The translations under genes and the position numbers were made by a program. A DNA stretch of 64,000 nt, taken from positions 45,984 through 109,983 of the forward strand of contig JAGASR010000002.1 of assembly GCA_017621705.1 (NCBI GenBank). The letters run 5' to 3'. The notes beneath the pieces were generated by a model. It worked only from the letters and a program-made list of their open reading frames with translations. It was not told where the DNA came from and searched no databases. The stretch is from Clostridia bacterium (GTDB lineage: Bacteria; Bacillota; Clostridia; Oscillospirales; UBA644). Shown piece by piece: positions 37,905 to 47,008 of the stretch. Within the stretch, counting starts at the first letter, position 1, and every line of letters begins with the position of its first letter.

Positions 37905-39473
37905 TTATTTAACGATGCTGTCGAGCCACATTTCGGGTTTTTCGAGACCCATGATCTTCGCTACGGTAGCCGCAACGTTCGCAAGGCCGAATGCGCCGTC
38001 TGCGATCTCGTATTTTTCGTTCTTATCGTAAACGATGAACGGAACGGGATTGAGAGTATGCGCAGTCTTGGGCTTGGGTGCCTGACCTTCTTTAGCTTTT
38101 TCGTACATCTCGTCAGCGTTGCCGTGGTCAGCGGTGATGAGGAGAGTGTAGCCTGCTTTGTCAACTGCTTCGATGATTCTTGCAAGGCAGAGGTCAACGG
38201 TTTCAACTGCGATTTCTGCAGCAGCGTAATTACCGGTATGGCCTACCATGTCGCCGTTCGGGAAGTTGCAACGGATGAAATCGTATTCGCCGCTTGCGAT
38301 AACTTCAACGAGTCTGTCGGTAACTTCTGCAGCCTTCATCCAGGGACGCTGTTCAAAGGGAACTACGTCAGAGGGGATCTCTTCGAAAATTTCGAGAGTG
38401 TCGCTGAATTTTTCGCTGCGGTTGCCGTTCCAGAAGTATGTTACGTGGCCGTATTTCTGGGTTTCGGAGATAGCGAACTGTTTCTTGCCGTTCTTAACGA
38501 GGAGCTCGGAAAGCGTATTCTTGATGCTCGGCGGAGAAACGAGGTAGTTCTTGGGAAGTTTGAGGTCGCCGTCATATTCGAGCATACCTGCGTACATAAC
38601 GTTCGGAACGCGAACTCTGTCGAATTTATTGAAGTCTGCGTTATCGAATGCGGTGCTGATCTCAATAGCACGGTCGCCTCTGAAGTTGAAGAGGATAAAG
38701 CTGTCGCCGTCTTCAACGGTGCCTACGGGCGCGCCGTTTTCAGCGATAACGAACGGGGGAAGATCCTGGTCGATAGCGCCGGTCTCTGCACGGAGAGTTT
38801 CGAGCGCTTCCATTGCGGATACGAACTGTCTGCCATTGCCGAGAACGTGAGTGTTCCAACCTTTTTCAACCATTGCCCAGTTAGCTTCGTAACGGTCCAT
38901 GGTGATCTGCATACGTCCGCCGCCGGAAGCGATCTTTGCGTCGAAAGATGCATCGTTGAGTTCGGAAAGTACGTTTTCGAGCTGTTCGATATAAACGGGA
39001 GCGGAAGTTGCGGGAACGTCACGTCCGTCAAGAAGAATGTGAACGCGGACTTTCTTTACGCCGTCTGCTTTTGCTTTCTTAACGAGAGCGAAAAGGTGGT
39101 TGATATTGGAATGAACGTTACCGTCGGAAAGAAGACCGAGAAAATGCATGGTGCCGTTTGCGCAGTTTGCAACGAGCTTTTTCCATGTTTCGGATTCGAA
39201 GATCTTGCCGCTTTCAATGCTTTCGTTAACGAGTTTTGCGCCCTGAGAGTAAACCTGGCCGCAACCGAGAGCGTTGTGACCAACTTCGGAGTTACCCATA
39301 TCGTCATCGGAGGGAAGACCTACTGCTGTGCCGTGAGCTTTGATATCGGTGTAGGGGCAGGTTGCCTTGAGCATATCAAGGGTGGGGGTGTATGCGCTGA
39401 TGACAGCGTTACCGTATTCTTTTGCGTTGGTACCTACGCCGTCCATAACAACGAGAACTGTTTTCTTATTCAT
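37905..39473 (-). CDS. gpmI: 2,3-bisphosphoglycerate-independent phosphoglycerate mutase
   Basis: 522 aa. Motifs LVVMDGVG, MGNSEVGHNALG (catalytic Ser) and TADHGNADEM match the metalloenzyme superfamily. Confidence 0.9.
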   Translation of the reverse strand: MNKKTVLVVMDGVGTNAKEYGNAVISAYTPTLDMLKATCPYTDIKAHGTAVGLPSDDDMGNSEVGHNALGCGQVYSQGAKLVNESIESGKIFESETWKKLVANCANGTMHFLGLLSDGNVHSNINHLFALVKKAKADGVKKVRVHILLDGRDVPATSAPVYIEQLENVLSELNDASFDAKIASGGGRMQITMDRYEANWAMVEKGWNTHVLGNGRQFVSAMEALETLRAETGAIDQDLPPFVIAENGAPVGTVEDGDSFILFNFRGDRAIEISTAFDNADFNKFDRVRVPNVMYAGMLEYDGDLKLPKNYLVSPPSIKNTLSELLVKNGKKQFAISETQKYGHVTYFWNGNRSEKFSDTLEIFEEIPSDVVPFEQRPWMKAAEVTDRLVEVIASGEYDFIRCNFPNGDMVGHTGNYAAAEIAVETVDLCLARIIEAVDKAGYTLLITADHGNADEMYEKAKEGQAPKPKTAHTLNPVPFIVYDKNEKYEIADGAFGLANVAATVAKIMGLEKPEMWLDSIVK

Positions 39474-39494
39474 GTTTATTCTTCCTTATCTATA

Positions 39495-40706
39495 TTAGAG
39501 AGAGTTATCGAGGTTTTTCTTGATCTCATCGAAGAGTTCGTCGAGGTTGACGATCTTCTTGTTTTCGATAGAAGAGAGCATTGCGAGGGATTTTGTCATA
39601 ACGCCGCTTTCAACGGTCGTGATGCACGCTTTTTCAAGCTTGTCCGCAAATGCGCAGAGCTCGGGGATATCGTCAAGCTCGCCGCGTTTACGCAAACCGC
39701 CCGTCCACGCAAAGATCGTAGCGATCGGGTTCGTGGAAGTCTTCTCTCCGCGGAGATGAGCATAATAATGTCTCTGAACAGTGCCGTGAGCCGCTTCGTA
39801 TTCGTAATTTCCGTCAGGAGAAACGAGAACGGAAGTCATCATCGCAAGATCACCGAACGCAGTTGCGAGCATATCGGACATAACGTCGCCGTCGTAGTTC
39901 TTGCATGCCCAGATAAAGCCGCCTTCGGAACGTACAACTCTTGCAACAGCATCGTCGATAAGAGTGTAGAAGTAGTCTTCAAGACCTGCTTCGGCAAACT
40001 TTTCTTTATATTCGTTATCGTAGATTTCCTGGAAAATATCTTTGAAACGGTGATCGTAAGTCTTGGAAATAGTATCTTTTGCCGCAAACCAGATGGGCTG
40101 TTTTGTGGAAAGAGCGTAGTTGAAGCATGCGCGTGCGAACGATGCGATGCTCTTATCGGTATTGTGCATACCCATAACGATGCCGTCGCCGTCGAATTCT
40201 TTTACGGTGATGCTCTTCTGCTCGCCGTTTTTATCGGTGATAACGATCTCTGCTTTAGAACCTGCCTCGACTTTGGATTCAACAGCCGCGTAAATATCGC
40301 CGTATGCGTGACGTGCGATGGTGATCGGCTTTTTCCAAGTGGGAATGTACGGGTTTATGCCGTTAACGAGGATCGGAGCGCGGAAAACGGTGCCGTCGAG
40401 GATCGCTCTGATGGTGCCGTTCGGGCTTTTCCACATCTTTTTGAGCTTGTATTCTTCAACACGTGCCGCATTCGGGGTGATGGTAGCGCATTTTACCGCA
40501 ACACCGTATTTTTTAGTTGCGTTTGCGGAGTCGATAGTTACCTGGTCGTCAGTCTTATCTCTGTTTTCAAGACCGAGGTCGTAATATTCCGTCTTCAGAT
40601 CGATGTACGGACAGAGAAGTTCGTCTTTTGTTTTCTGCCAGATAATTCTGGTCATTTCGTCGCCGTCCATCTCAACGAGCGGCGTTTTCATCTGAATTTT
40701 ATCCAT
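39495..40706 (-). CDS. icd: NADP-dependent isocitrate dehydrogenase, eukaryote-like (type II) homodimeric form
   Basis: 403 aa. [15 protein letters not shown]...[15 protein letters not shown]...[16 protein letters not shown] closely resembles the IDH1/IDH2-type sequence. Confidence 0.9.
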   Translation of the reverse strand: MDKIQMKTPLVEMDGDEMTRIIWQKTKDELLCPYIDLKTEYYDLGLENRDKTDDQVTIDSANATKKYGVAVKCATITPNAARVEEYKLKKMWKSPNGTIRAILDGTVFRAPILVNGINPYIPTWKKPITIARHAYGDIYAAVESKVEAGSKAEIVITDKNGEQKSITVKEFDGDGIVMGMHNTDKSIASFARACFNYALSTKQPIWFAAKDTISKTYDHRFKDIFQEIYDNEYKEKFAEAGLEDYFYTLIDDAVARVVRSEGGFIWACKNYDGDVMSDMLATAFGDLAMMTSVLVSPDGNYEYEAAHGTVQRHYYAHLRGEKTSTNPIATIFAWTGGLRKRGELDDIPELCAFADKLEKACITTVESGVMTKSLAMLSSIENKKIVNLDELFDEIKKNLDNSL

Positions 40707-40733
40707 GTTTGTTCCTTATTAATATAAAATAAA

Positions 40734-41984
40734 TTATCTGTTGGAAAGAACGTCTTTTTCGTATTTCTTAACTTCGTTAAGCCATTCTTCGCCTGCGCAA
40801 ACACCGGACTGTTCGCAGAATTCTGCCCATACGTCGCCGAGAGGATAGTATTTGTATTCTTCGGTGAGAACGAGACGTGCGGTGGTGTCGCCTTCGAGTT
40901 CAGCTTTTCTGAGAGCTTCGGTCGGTTCGAGAAGTGCGGAAAGGAGAGCTTTCTGAGTGCTTCTTACGCCGAGAACCCAAGCTGCGATTCTGTTGATGCT
41001 TGCGTCAAAGTAGTCGAGAGCGATATTTACTCTGTCGAGAAGGTTGTTTCTTACGATTTCCTGAGCGGTTGCGCGGAGTTCGTCGTCAAAAATAACAACG
41101 TGGTCACTGTCCCAACGAACGGGTCTGGAAACGTGGAGAAGAAGCTCGTCGGAGAAGAGAGCCATTGCGGAGATCTTGTTGGAGATAACTTCGGTCGGAT
41201 GGAAGTGACCGGTGTCGAGAGTTACCATAACTTCGGGATGCTTGCCTGCGTAACCCATAAAGAATTCGTGAGAACCTACAACGTAGCTTTCACTGCCGAT
41301 ACCGAAAAGTTTGCTTTCAACGGAGTCTCTGTTGCATTTTGGGTCAACGGGAACTGCGAAAATTCTGTCGAGGGCGTCAGCCATTCTTGCTCTGGGAGCC
41401 ATTCTGTCGATCGGAGCTTCCTTGCAACCGTCGCACATCCAGAAGTTGGTGTTACATCTCTGACCGAGTTCTTTACCGAAATATTCAGCGATCTTTCTTG
41501 AACGGATACCGTGCTCGATCCAGAATTCGCGGATGAAATTGTCTGCGGAAGAAATGGTCCAGCCGTCAGCCGCATATTTATGGCTGAAGAAAGAGGGGTT
41601 GAAGTCAAGACCGAGACCGTTTTTCTTTGCGAAATCTACCCAGCCTGCGAAATGAGCGGGTTCGATCTCGTTTCTGTCAACGAATTTGCCTCCGTTGTCG
41701 AGATACATTGCGTGAAGATTGAGTTTGTGCTTCTGAGGAATGAGGGAGAACGCTTTTTCGATATCCATCTGCAGTTCAGCAATATTTCTTGCCTTGCCGG
41801 GATAGTTACCGGTGGTCTGAATGCCGCCGCCGTTAAGAGAACTGCCTACGGTCTCGTAACCGCCAACGTCATCACCCTGCCAGCAGTGAAGGGAGATCTT
41901 GATGTTTTTGAGTTTTGCTATAGCCGCATCGGTATCAACGCCGATCGCCGCATATTTTTCTTTTGCGATCTGATAATTGTTCAT
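40734..41984 (-). CDS. rhaA: L-rhamnose isomerase
   Basis: 416 aa, collinear with E. coli RhaA as recalled: SLHCWQGDDVGG, TGNYPGKARN, ESKLFGIGSESY, DTGHFHPTEVISNKISA, HVSRPVRWDSDHVV, DASINRIAAWV. Confidence 0.92.
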   Translation of the reverse strand: MNNYQIAKEKYAAIGVDTDAAIAKLKNIKISLHCWQGDDVGGYETVGSSLNGGGIQTTGNYPGKARNIAELQMDIEKAFSLIPQKHKLNLHAMYLDNGGKFVDRNEIEPAHFAGWVDFAKKNGLGLDFNPSFFSHKYAADGWTISSADNFIREFWIEHGIRSRKIAEYFGKELGQRCNTNFWMCDGCKEAPIDRMAPRARMADALDRIFAVPVDPKCNRDSVESKLFGIGSESYVVGSHEFFMGYAGKHPEVMVTLDTGHFHPTEVISNKISAMALFSDELLLHVSRPVRWDSDHVVIFDDELRATAQEIVRNNLLDRVNIALDYFDASINRIAAWVLGVRSTQKALLSALLEPTEALRKAELEGDTTARLVLTEEYKYYPLGDVWAEFCEQSGVCAGEEWLNEVKKYEKDVLSNR

Positions 41985-42056
41985 GATTTCCTCCGATATG
42001 TTTGAATGAAAAAATTTTTTCAGATAATAATAACTCTCAAAGGAGTTGATTTCAGT

Positions 42057-42224
42057 ATGTTTTTTAACAGGACCCGCCCGTCTTTCATCAAGGGCATCGC
42101 CATCGGCATGGCGGCAGGAATCGCTGTCGGTGCCGCGGCAGTCATCGTGTGCGATGAGGACAGAATGCGCTGTATCAAAAAATGTGCAAAAAACAGCTGG
42201 CGTTCCGTCACCAAAAAACTTTGA
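42057..42224 (+). CDS. Small hypothetical membrane protein (55 aa)
   Basis: ATG 42057 with an AAAGGAG SD upstream. One Gly/Ala-rich TM segment (IAIGMAAGIAVGAAAVIV). A hairpin follows the stop. Confidence 0.4.
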   Translation: MFFNRTRPSFIKGIAIGMAAGIAVGAAAVIVCDEDRMRCIKKCAKNSWRSVTKKL

Positions 42225-42330
42225 TCCCGTCCGAACCGCACGGCTTTTTACACCTGCGGTCGGGATACATACCTATTTTATATTGTAACAAAATATAAGT
42301 AAAAAGTCAAGGGAATATTTGTAATAAACC

Positions 42331-42359
42331 TTGACAATATTTTTTTATTATGATATAAT
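42331..42359 (+). promoter_or_regulatory. Consensus promoter (TTGACA-17-TGaTATAAT)
   Basis: TTGACA at 42331-42336, a 17-nt spacer, and TATAAT at 42354-42359 preceded by TGa. Confidence 0.7.
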
Positions 42360-42387
42360 GTTAATATTTCAAGAAAGGGGAACTGTT

Positions 42388-42693
42388 ATGGCAGGTAAAA
42401 AAACAGAATTTCTGACTTTCAAGGGAAAACCTCTCGTCCGTATGGGCAATATGATCTATTACGGCAATCCCGGTGACAAATACGTTGCTATGCTCCAGGT
42501 ACTGTCCACGGAGGATTTCGGCGGATTCAATCTCTCCCGCAAAGTCTCGGTCCAGCTTCAGCTGACTGATCCCGAAGTTAAAGCTGTTGACCGCATCGTT
42601 AAACGTTCGGATAAAATGGGTCTGTATCAGGCTATGGTTATTGCCGATATTTGGCTCGAACGCGCTCTCTCGGGCGATTCTAACATCGATTAA
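42388..42693 (+). CDS. Hypothetical 101-aa protein
   Basis: ATG 42388 with a GAAAGGGG SD, directly downstream of the consensus promoter. Sequence MAGKKTEFLTFKGKPLVRMGNMIYYGNPGDKYVAMLQVLS... is not recognised. Confidence 0.55.
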   Translation: MAGKKTEFLTFKGKPLVRMGNMIYYGNPGDKYVAMLQVLSTEDFGGFNLSRKVSVQLQLTDPEVKAVDRIVKRSDKMGLYQAMVIADIWLERALSGDSNID

Positions 42694-42900
42694 ACCTTAT
42701 TTTGAGAGCTAAATAAGCCCTCACACAAAAAACGTTCTTCTATATAGAGAATTTTTGGTGAAAATGACTAACAAAAAACTCTTGACAAATTTGTGTCTGT
42801 ATAGTAGAATGTAGGTATACCAATTGTTTATTTTAAGAATATGTAATCTTTCTTGACAAAGAAGAATTAGCATATTAAAATTAGAAAGGATGAATATGGT

Positions 42901-44268
42901 ATGAAAAAATTCATTTCGATTATGCTGGTCCTTGTTCTGGCTTTGAGTCTTTTGGCCGGATGCGGTGGAGACGCAGGCGGTGTCAAGAATAACGGCATAA
43001 AGAGTAAAGATCTTGCGGATAGTTCCGATACCCAGCAGCGCTGGCTCAGACTTCCCGACAGTTCTTCCAACACTTGCAGACTTGTAATCAACCCCGACGA
43101 ATATGCCGGCGGTAATGCAGGTAACTATGACAGACTTCCTCTTAACCTCGGTCTTCTTAACGACGACGCTACCGTTAAAAAGTCTCTTAACGATCTTATC
43201 TTCATCGTTGAAAGTAACTCCGCTAACGGTATCGGTGGTACCGATACTTTTGTTCCTGTTTACGATCAGGAAGACACTGAAAATGTTAACACCCGTTACA
43301 CTGTTAAGAAAATGACTCTCGACGTAGACGGCACCAAAGTTTCCGCTATCATCGGCGAAGGCGACGAAACCTCTACTCAGAACATCACCATGAGAGTTAA
43401 GATCCCCGTAGACTTCAGCGTTGATATCGTTGCAGTTGTTGATATCGTTTCCAGCTCCGGCGTTAAATGGAAAGTAACCGGCGCTTCTCAGAAGCCCACT
43501 TACTCCATCCTCGCTCAGAACGATACCGATGCAACCGGTCACTTTGCTTTCAACCTTACTGAGATTCTTTCTCAGCAGCTTAAGGAAGATGACGATGTCT
43601 CTGCTATGACCCTTAACTGCACTCTTTCCGTTATCGGCGCAAATTCTCCCCTCGTATTCGATAATTACAAAATTGTAACCATCGAAAGAGGCTTCCAGTA
43701 CGCTGATGCTAACGCATCTACCACCTGGTATCCCTATGGTATCGTTTCTACCCTTACTTACCCCAACGGCACTGCTGCTGAAGTTATGGACTACTTCGCT
43801 GACTACAGCACCGTTGCAAGAAGAATCCAGTTCACCGCTGACGGTTCCTTCTACCTTGCAGGTAAAGTTTACGGTACTCTTACTTATGATGAAAAACAGA
43901 ACCTTATGATCATCGAAGGCGACGGCTTCAACTATGTTGTATCTCCCAAGAGAAAACAGTATGTTACTTTCTACAACAGCGAAGCTGATCTTCTCGCTCG
44001 TGTAAACGGCACCGAAGAACCCACTGCTGATACTCAGTACTGGACCGTAGGTTGCGGCAGAATCGAAGTTGGCAGCGATCTTTATGTTTCTGTAGCTCTC
44101 GATGCTAACAAATCCGTTGAAGAACTTTGCGAAGAAGCTAAGGCAGCTGTAGGCGCTGGTAACACCGCTAAGAGAATCGAAACCAATATCGAATACTGGG
44201 ATGCATATCTCGCAGCTATTACCATTCCCTCTGACCTCATTCTCGCTTCTGCTTCCGCTGCAGAATAA
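42901..44268 (+). CDS. Hypothetical lipoprotein (455 aa)
   Basis: Signal peptide plus lipobox MKKFISIMLVLVLALSLLAGC. Two TTGACA-type promoters lie in the 180 nt upstream and a terminator lies downstream. No family recognised. Confidence 0.65.
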   Translation: MKKFISIMLVLVLALSLLAGCGGDAGGVKNNGIKSKDLADSSDTQQRWLRLPDSSSNTCRLVINPDEYAGGNAGNYDRLPLNLGLLNDDATVKKSLNDLIFIVESNSANGIGGTDTFVPVYDQEDTENVNTRYTVKKMTLDVDGTKVSAIIGEGDETSTQNITMRVKIPVDFSVDIVAVVDIVSSSGVKWKVTGASQKPTYSILAQNDTDATGHFAFNLTEILSQQLKEDDDVSAMTLNCTLSVIGANSPLVFDNYKIVTIERGFQYADANASTTWYPYGIVSTLTYPNGTAAEVMDYFADYSTVARRIQFTADGSFYLAGKVYGTLTYDEKQNLMIIEGDGFNYVVSPKRKQYVTFYNSEADLLARVNGTEEPTADTQYWTVGCGRIEVGSDLYVSVALDANKSVEELCEEAKAAVGAGNTAKRIETNIEYWDAYLAAITIPSDLILASASAAE

Positions 44269-44309
44269 TCCAATCGGATAATTGATTCAGATTATATTTG
44301 AATAACACT

Positions 44310-44347
44310 CAAGGAGGATATGGTTTCCGTATCCTCCTTGTTTTTTT
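44310..44347 (+). terminator. Intrinsic terminator
   Basis: CAAGGAGGATA-(loop)-TATCCTCCTTG followed by TTTTTTT. Confidence 0.85.
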
Positions 44348-44456
44348 ATAATGCATTCCGGAACATTTTTCTGCGCAATACAGTCCAATTATATATCAGA
44401 CTCACTACACAACAAAAATGTTTTGAAATTAACCTAAATTAATTAAAGGTGTTCCG

Positions 44457-44879
44457 ATGAAAAAGATTTTTTTAATTCCGTTTCTCATTTTTATTTTGAT
44501 TTTTTCCATAGCAGGTTGCTCTTCGGGTGACGGTCTTGCGCTCCCCGCGGATCAGCTCGAACTTTTCCCCGAAAACTTCCCCCTCGATTCTTGTCCGTTT
44601 TATTGTTCCGAAGAGATCGTCTCCGTAACTTCCAAAGGATCGGACAGTTATTTTTCCTATGAAATAATTTTTAATTCAGATGCGGAGTATCAGGAGATCG
44701 TTGATTTTTATTCTCAATGCTTCCCTTCCGCAATAACAAAGGATTTCGGCATCGCATATAATCTCCTTTCCGTTCCCGCTTCAAGCGGCGGATATATGTG
44801 CAATTTCAATATCTATTCCGATATAACGCACGGCGAAAAAGGCCAATGCACCGTAATCGTCACTGTCAGCGAATATTAA
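44457..44879 (+). CDS. Hypothetical small lipoprotein (140 aa)
   Basis: Signal peptide plus lipobox MKKIFLIPFLIFILIFSIAGC. AAAGGTG SD present. Confidence 0.6.
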   Translation: MKKIFLIPFLIFILIFSIAGCSSGDGLALPADQLELFPENFPLDSCPFYCSEEIVSVTSKGSDSYFSYEIIFNSDAEYQEIVDFYSQCFPSAITKDFGIAYNLLSVPASSGGYMCNFNIYSDITHGEKGQCTVIVTVSEY

Positions 44880-44907
44880 TTTACGAAAATAATTACTTAA
44901 AAGAATA

Positions 44908-44955
44908 AGACCTCCTTTTCAGGGCAGATTAATCCCGAAACGGAGGTCTCTTTTT
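44908..44955 (+). promoter_or_regulatory. Terminator-like hairpin whose 3' arm contains the SD of the CBS gene
   Basis: AGACCTCC (44908-44915) pairs with GGAGGTCT (44942-44949). CTTTTT follows, then ATG at 44956. Confidence 0.5.
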
Positions 44956-45384
44956 ATGAAAATACGTGAAATTATGACGACGAATATTTGCTGTGCATCC
45001 GAAAACGACACACTCGCCGCCGTCGCTTCCTATATGAAAACGAACGATACGGGCTTTATCCCCGTCAATGGGCAAAACGGAGAACTTTGCGGTATCATAA
45101 CCGACCGAGATATCGTTATCCGTGCCGTCGCCGATTCCGAAAAAGCACCAACTCTTCATGCTTCCGATATCATGAGTCGCGATATCGTCACTCTTTCCCC
45201 CGATCATTCTCCGATCGAGGCTTCAAGGCTTATGTCCAGAGCAAAAGTCCGCAGACTGCCCGTCACCGAAAAAAATAAAGTCGTCGGCGTCATTTCTCTT
45301 GGCGATCTGTCCCGTGCAGGTAATCTTTTTTCCGAAACAGCCTCTGCCCTTTGCGATATCTGCGAAAATGAACAGTCTTTTTAG
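44956..45384 (+). CDS. CBS-pair domain protein
   Basis: 142 aa. MKIREIMTTNICCASENDTLAAVASYMKTNDTGFIPV...GIITDRDIV...IMSRDIVTLSPD...AKVRRLPV...VVGVISLGDL is a tandem CBS arrangement. Confidence 0.85.
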   Translation: MKIREIMTTNICCASENDTLAAVASYMKTNDTGFIPVNGQNGELCGIITDRDIVIRAVADSEKAPTLHASDIMSRDIVTLSPDHSPIEASRLMSRAKVRRLPVTEKNKVVGVISLGDLSRAGNLFSETASALCDICENEQSF

Positions 45385-45392
45385 TTGACGGT

Positions 45393-45629
45393 TTATCTCG
45401 TTCCTTTTCGTTTGTACGGACGTTTTTCGTCGGTCAGTTCCAATATATAGTCGATACTTGTGTTGTGAAACTGTGCGAGGAGTATAAGTGTCTGCAACGG
45501 AATATTGAGCTTGCCAAGCTCATAGTCGCTGTATGTTGTTTGAGCAATGGAAAGGATTTTAGCCATTTCTTTCTGCGTAAGATCTTTATCTTCCCGAAGA
45601 TTTCTTATTCTTTCAAACATTTTTATCAC
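45393..45629 (-). CDS. XRE-family HTH transcriptional regulator (78 aa)
   Basis: FERIRNLREDKDLTQKEMAKILSIAQTTYSDYELGKLNIPLQTLILLAQFHNTSIDYIL is a typical HTH_3 domain. Confidence 0.85.
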   Translation of the reverse strand: MIKMFERIRNLREDKDLTQKEMAKILSIAQTTYSDYELGKLNIPLQTLILLAQFHNTSIDYILELTDEKRPYKRKGTR

Positions 45630-45646
45630 CCGGTTTATTTTGCCAT

Positions 45647-45691
45647 AACGGAATATCCGTTGTTGACTTTTAACGGAATATCCGTTATAAT
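45647..45691 (+). promoter_or_regulatory. Twin palindromic operators overlapping a TTGACT-17-TATAAT promoter
   Basis: AACGGAATATCCGTT occurs at 45647-45661 and again at 45672-45686, identical, each with inverted halves AACGGA/TCCGTT. The -35 TTGACT is at 45663-45668 and the -10 TATAAT at 45686-45691. Confidence 0.7.
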
Positions 45692-45707
45692 ATTATTAGG
45701 TGATGCC

Positions 45708-45980
45708 ATGATATTATTTACTTCGTTAGAAAAAAGCTTTGAAGATCTTTATAACTCCTTGGGGAAAAGCGCAGTTTCAGATTTTCTGCGGAACGGCTAT
45801 GAGCTTGTCGATCATTATCATTTATCTTTGGGAGTGTGTATACGTAATACGATTTTATCCGAAGGATCAGTCGTGTATTCTTCATTTTTGCGATGCGGAA
45901 TCAAAGATAAAGATACGATGTCTGATCCTTATCTCCGTTTATTTTATTGCTATTGTTTTCAGCGGCTTTCAAAATCATAA
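45708..45980 (+). CDS. Small hypothetical protein (90 aa), possibly DUF6794-like
   Basis: ATG 45708 with an AGGTGA SD, divergent from the XRE gene. The segment ...HYHLSLGVCIRNTIL...CGIKDKDTMSDPYLRLFY recalls the H.GLG..IRN...hpDD.S motif of DUF6794-type domains, from memory only. Its 3' end overlaps the convergent deacetylase gene by 22 nt. Confidence 0.45.
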   Translation: MILFTSLEKSFEDLYNSLGKSAVSDFLRNGYELVDHYHLSLGVCIRNTILSEGSVVYSSFLRCGIKDKDTMSDPYLRLFYCYCFQRLSKS

Positions 45981-46771
45981 AGCGTTCCGAAAATATAACC
46001 CTGTTCTTTCCAACCCGTCAGCAATTCATCGAGAATATCCGCATTTGTCTGAGAAGTCGAATGCAGTAGAACGATCGAACCGTTATGAATTCTCGAATTG
46101 AGTTTGTCGAGCGCATATTCTTTTGACGGTTGATTTTGTGTGTCCCAGTCTTTATAAGCGAGCGACCAGAAAACGGTAGTGTATCCGAGCTGTTTTGCAA
46201 ATTCAAGATTCATTTCGCTGAATTTGCCCTGCGGCGGACGGTAAAATTTCGGCATATCTTCTCCGGTCAGCTCTTTATACCGTTCTTCGATCCCCGTCAG
46301 CTCTTCCGTAAAACTTTCAATCGTCGAAATCTTACTCATATCGGGATGCGTTGACGTATGGTTCGCAACAATATGTCCCTCTTCGACCATTCGCTTGACG
46401 AGTTCGGGCGCAGTCTTTATGTAGTGAGAAACGATAAAGAATGCCGCTTTGACCTCGTGCTTTTTCAGTGTGTCGAGAATCTGCGCGGTCTGACCGTTTT
46501 CGTAACCTGCATCAAAAGTCAGATATATCGTTTTATCCTCTGTGTCTCCAATAAAATAAGCGTTGTTTTTCTTCAATTCTTCCGCTGAAACGTTCCCTCT
46601 CGGCGGTTCGTTATTTTTATCGAACGCAATACCCCAGTCGCAGACGGTCGTCGAGGCGGGCGCATCAACCGTATTCGAAATAACGATGCCGTGCGTCAGC
46701 AAAATAGCGGCAAGGCTAAAAATCGAAAGAAAGATCCAATTCTTTTTTATAAAATTCTTAAATCCGAACAT
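45959..46771 (-). CDS. Polysaccharide deacetylase (NodB domain; PdaA-like)
   Basis: IYLTFDAGYENG...AAFFIV...IVANHTSTHPDMSK...FYRPPQG are NodB motifs. An N-terminal TM/signal segment is present. Confidence 0.8.
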   Translation of the reverse strand: MFGFKNFIKKNWIFLSIFSLAAILLTHGIVISNTVDAPASTTVCDWGIAFDKNNEPPRGNVSAEELKKNNAYFIGDTEDKTIYLTFDAGYENGQTAQILDTLKKHEVKAAFFIVSHYIKTAPELVKRMVEEGHIVANHTSTHPDMSKISTIESFTEELTGIEERYKELTGEDMPKFYRPPQGKFSEMNLEFAKQLGYTTVFWSLAYKDWDTQNQPSKEYALDKLNSRIHNGSIVLLHSTSQTNADILDELLTGWKEQGYIFGTLYDFESR

Positions 46772-47008
46772 TTTATTCCTGCTTTCATTGATTTGTTACT
46801 AAAATATATTCGCCTTTTTAGATAATATTCATGTGACTATTTATCGAATATTTGTCTATTCTGTTAGTTTACAATTTACAGATTATATGTTATAATAAAC
46901 AAAATGTTTTTGGTCCCGAATCGGGGTCTTTGGGAGATCAACGTCGGGCGGAACGTTTTTTATCTCATTATTATTTTGTAGTAAATTGCAGGAAGGCAGG
47001 AAAATCAA

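Noticed and set aside
38058-40727. 889-aa plus-strand ORF spanning two genes
   Set aside because: Antisense to both gpmI and icd, which have unambiguous homology. It crosses their intergenic spacer, so it cannot be a real gene.
46800-47008. Riboswitch or attenuator upstream of the sodium:solute symporter
   Set aside because: A TTTACA-17-TATAAT promoter and a weak AACGT...ACGTT hairpin with a T6 run exist. The stem is only 5 bp and no known aptamer consensus is visible, so the evidence is insufficient.
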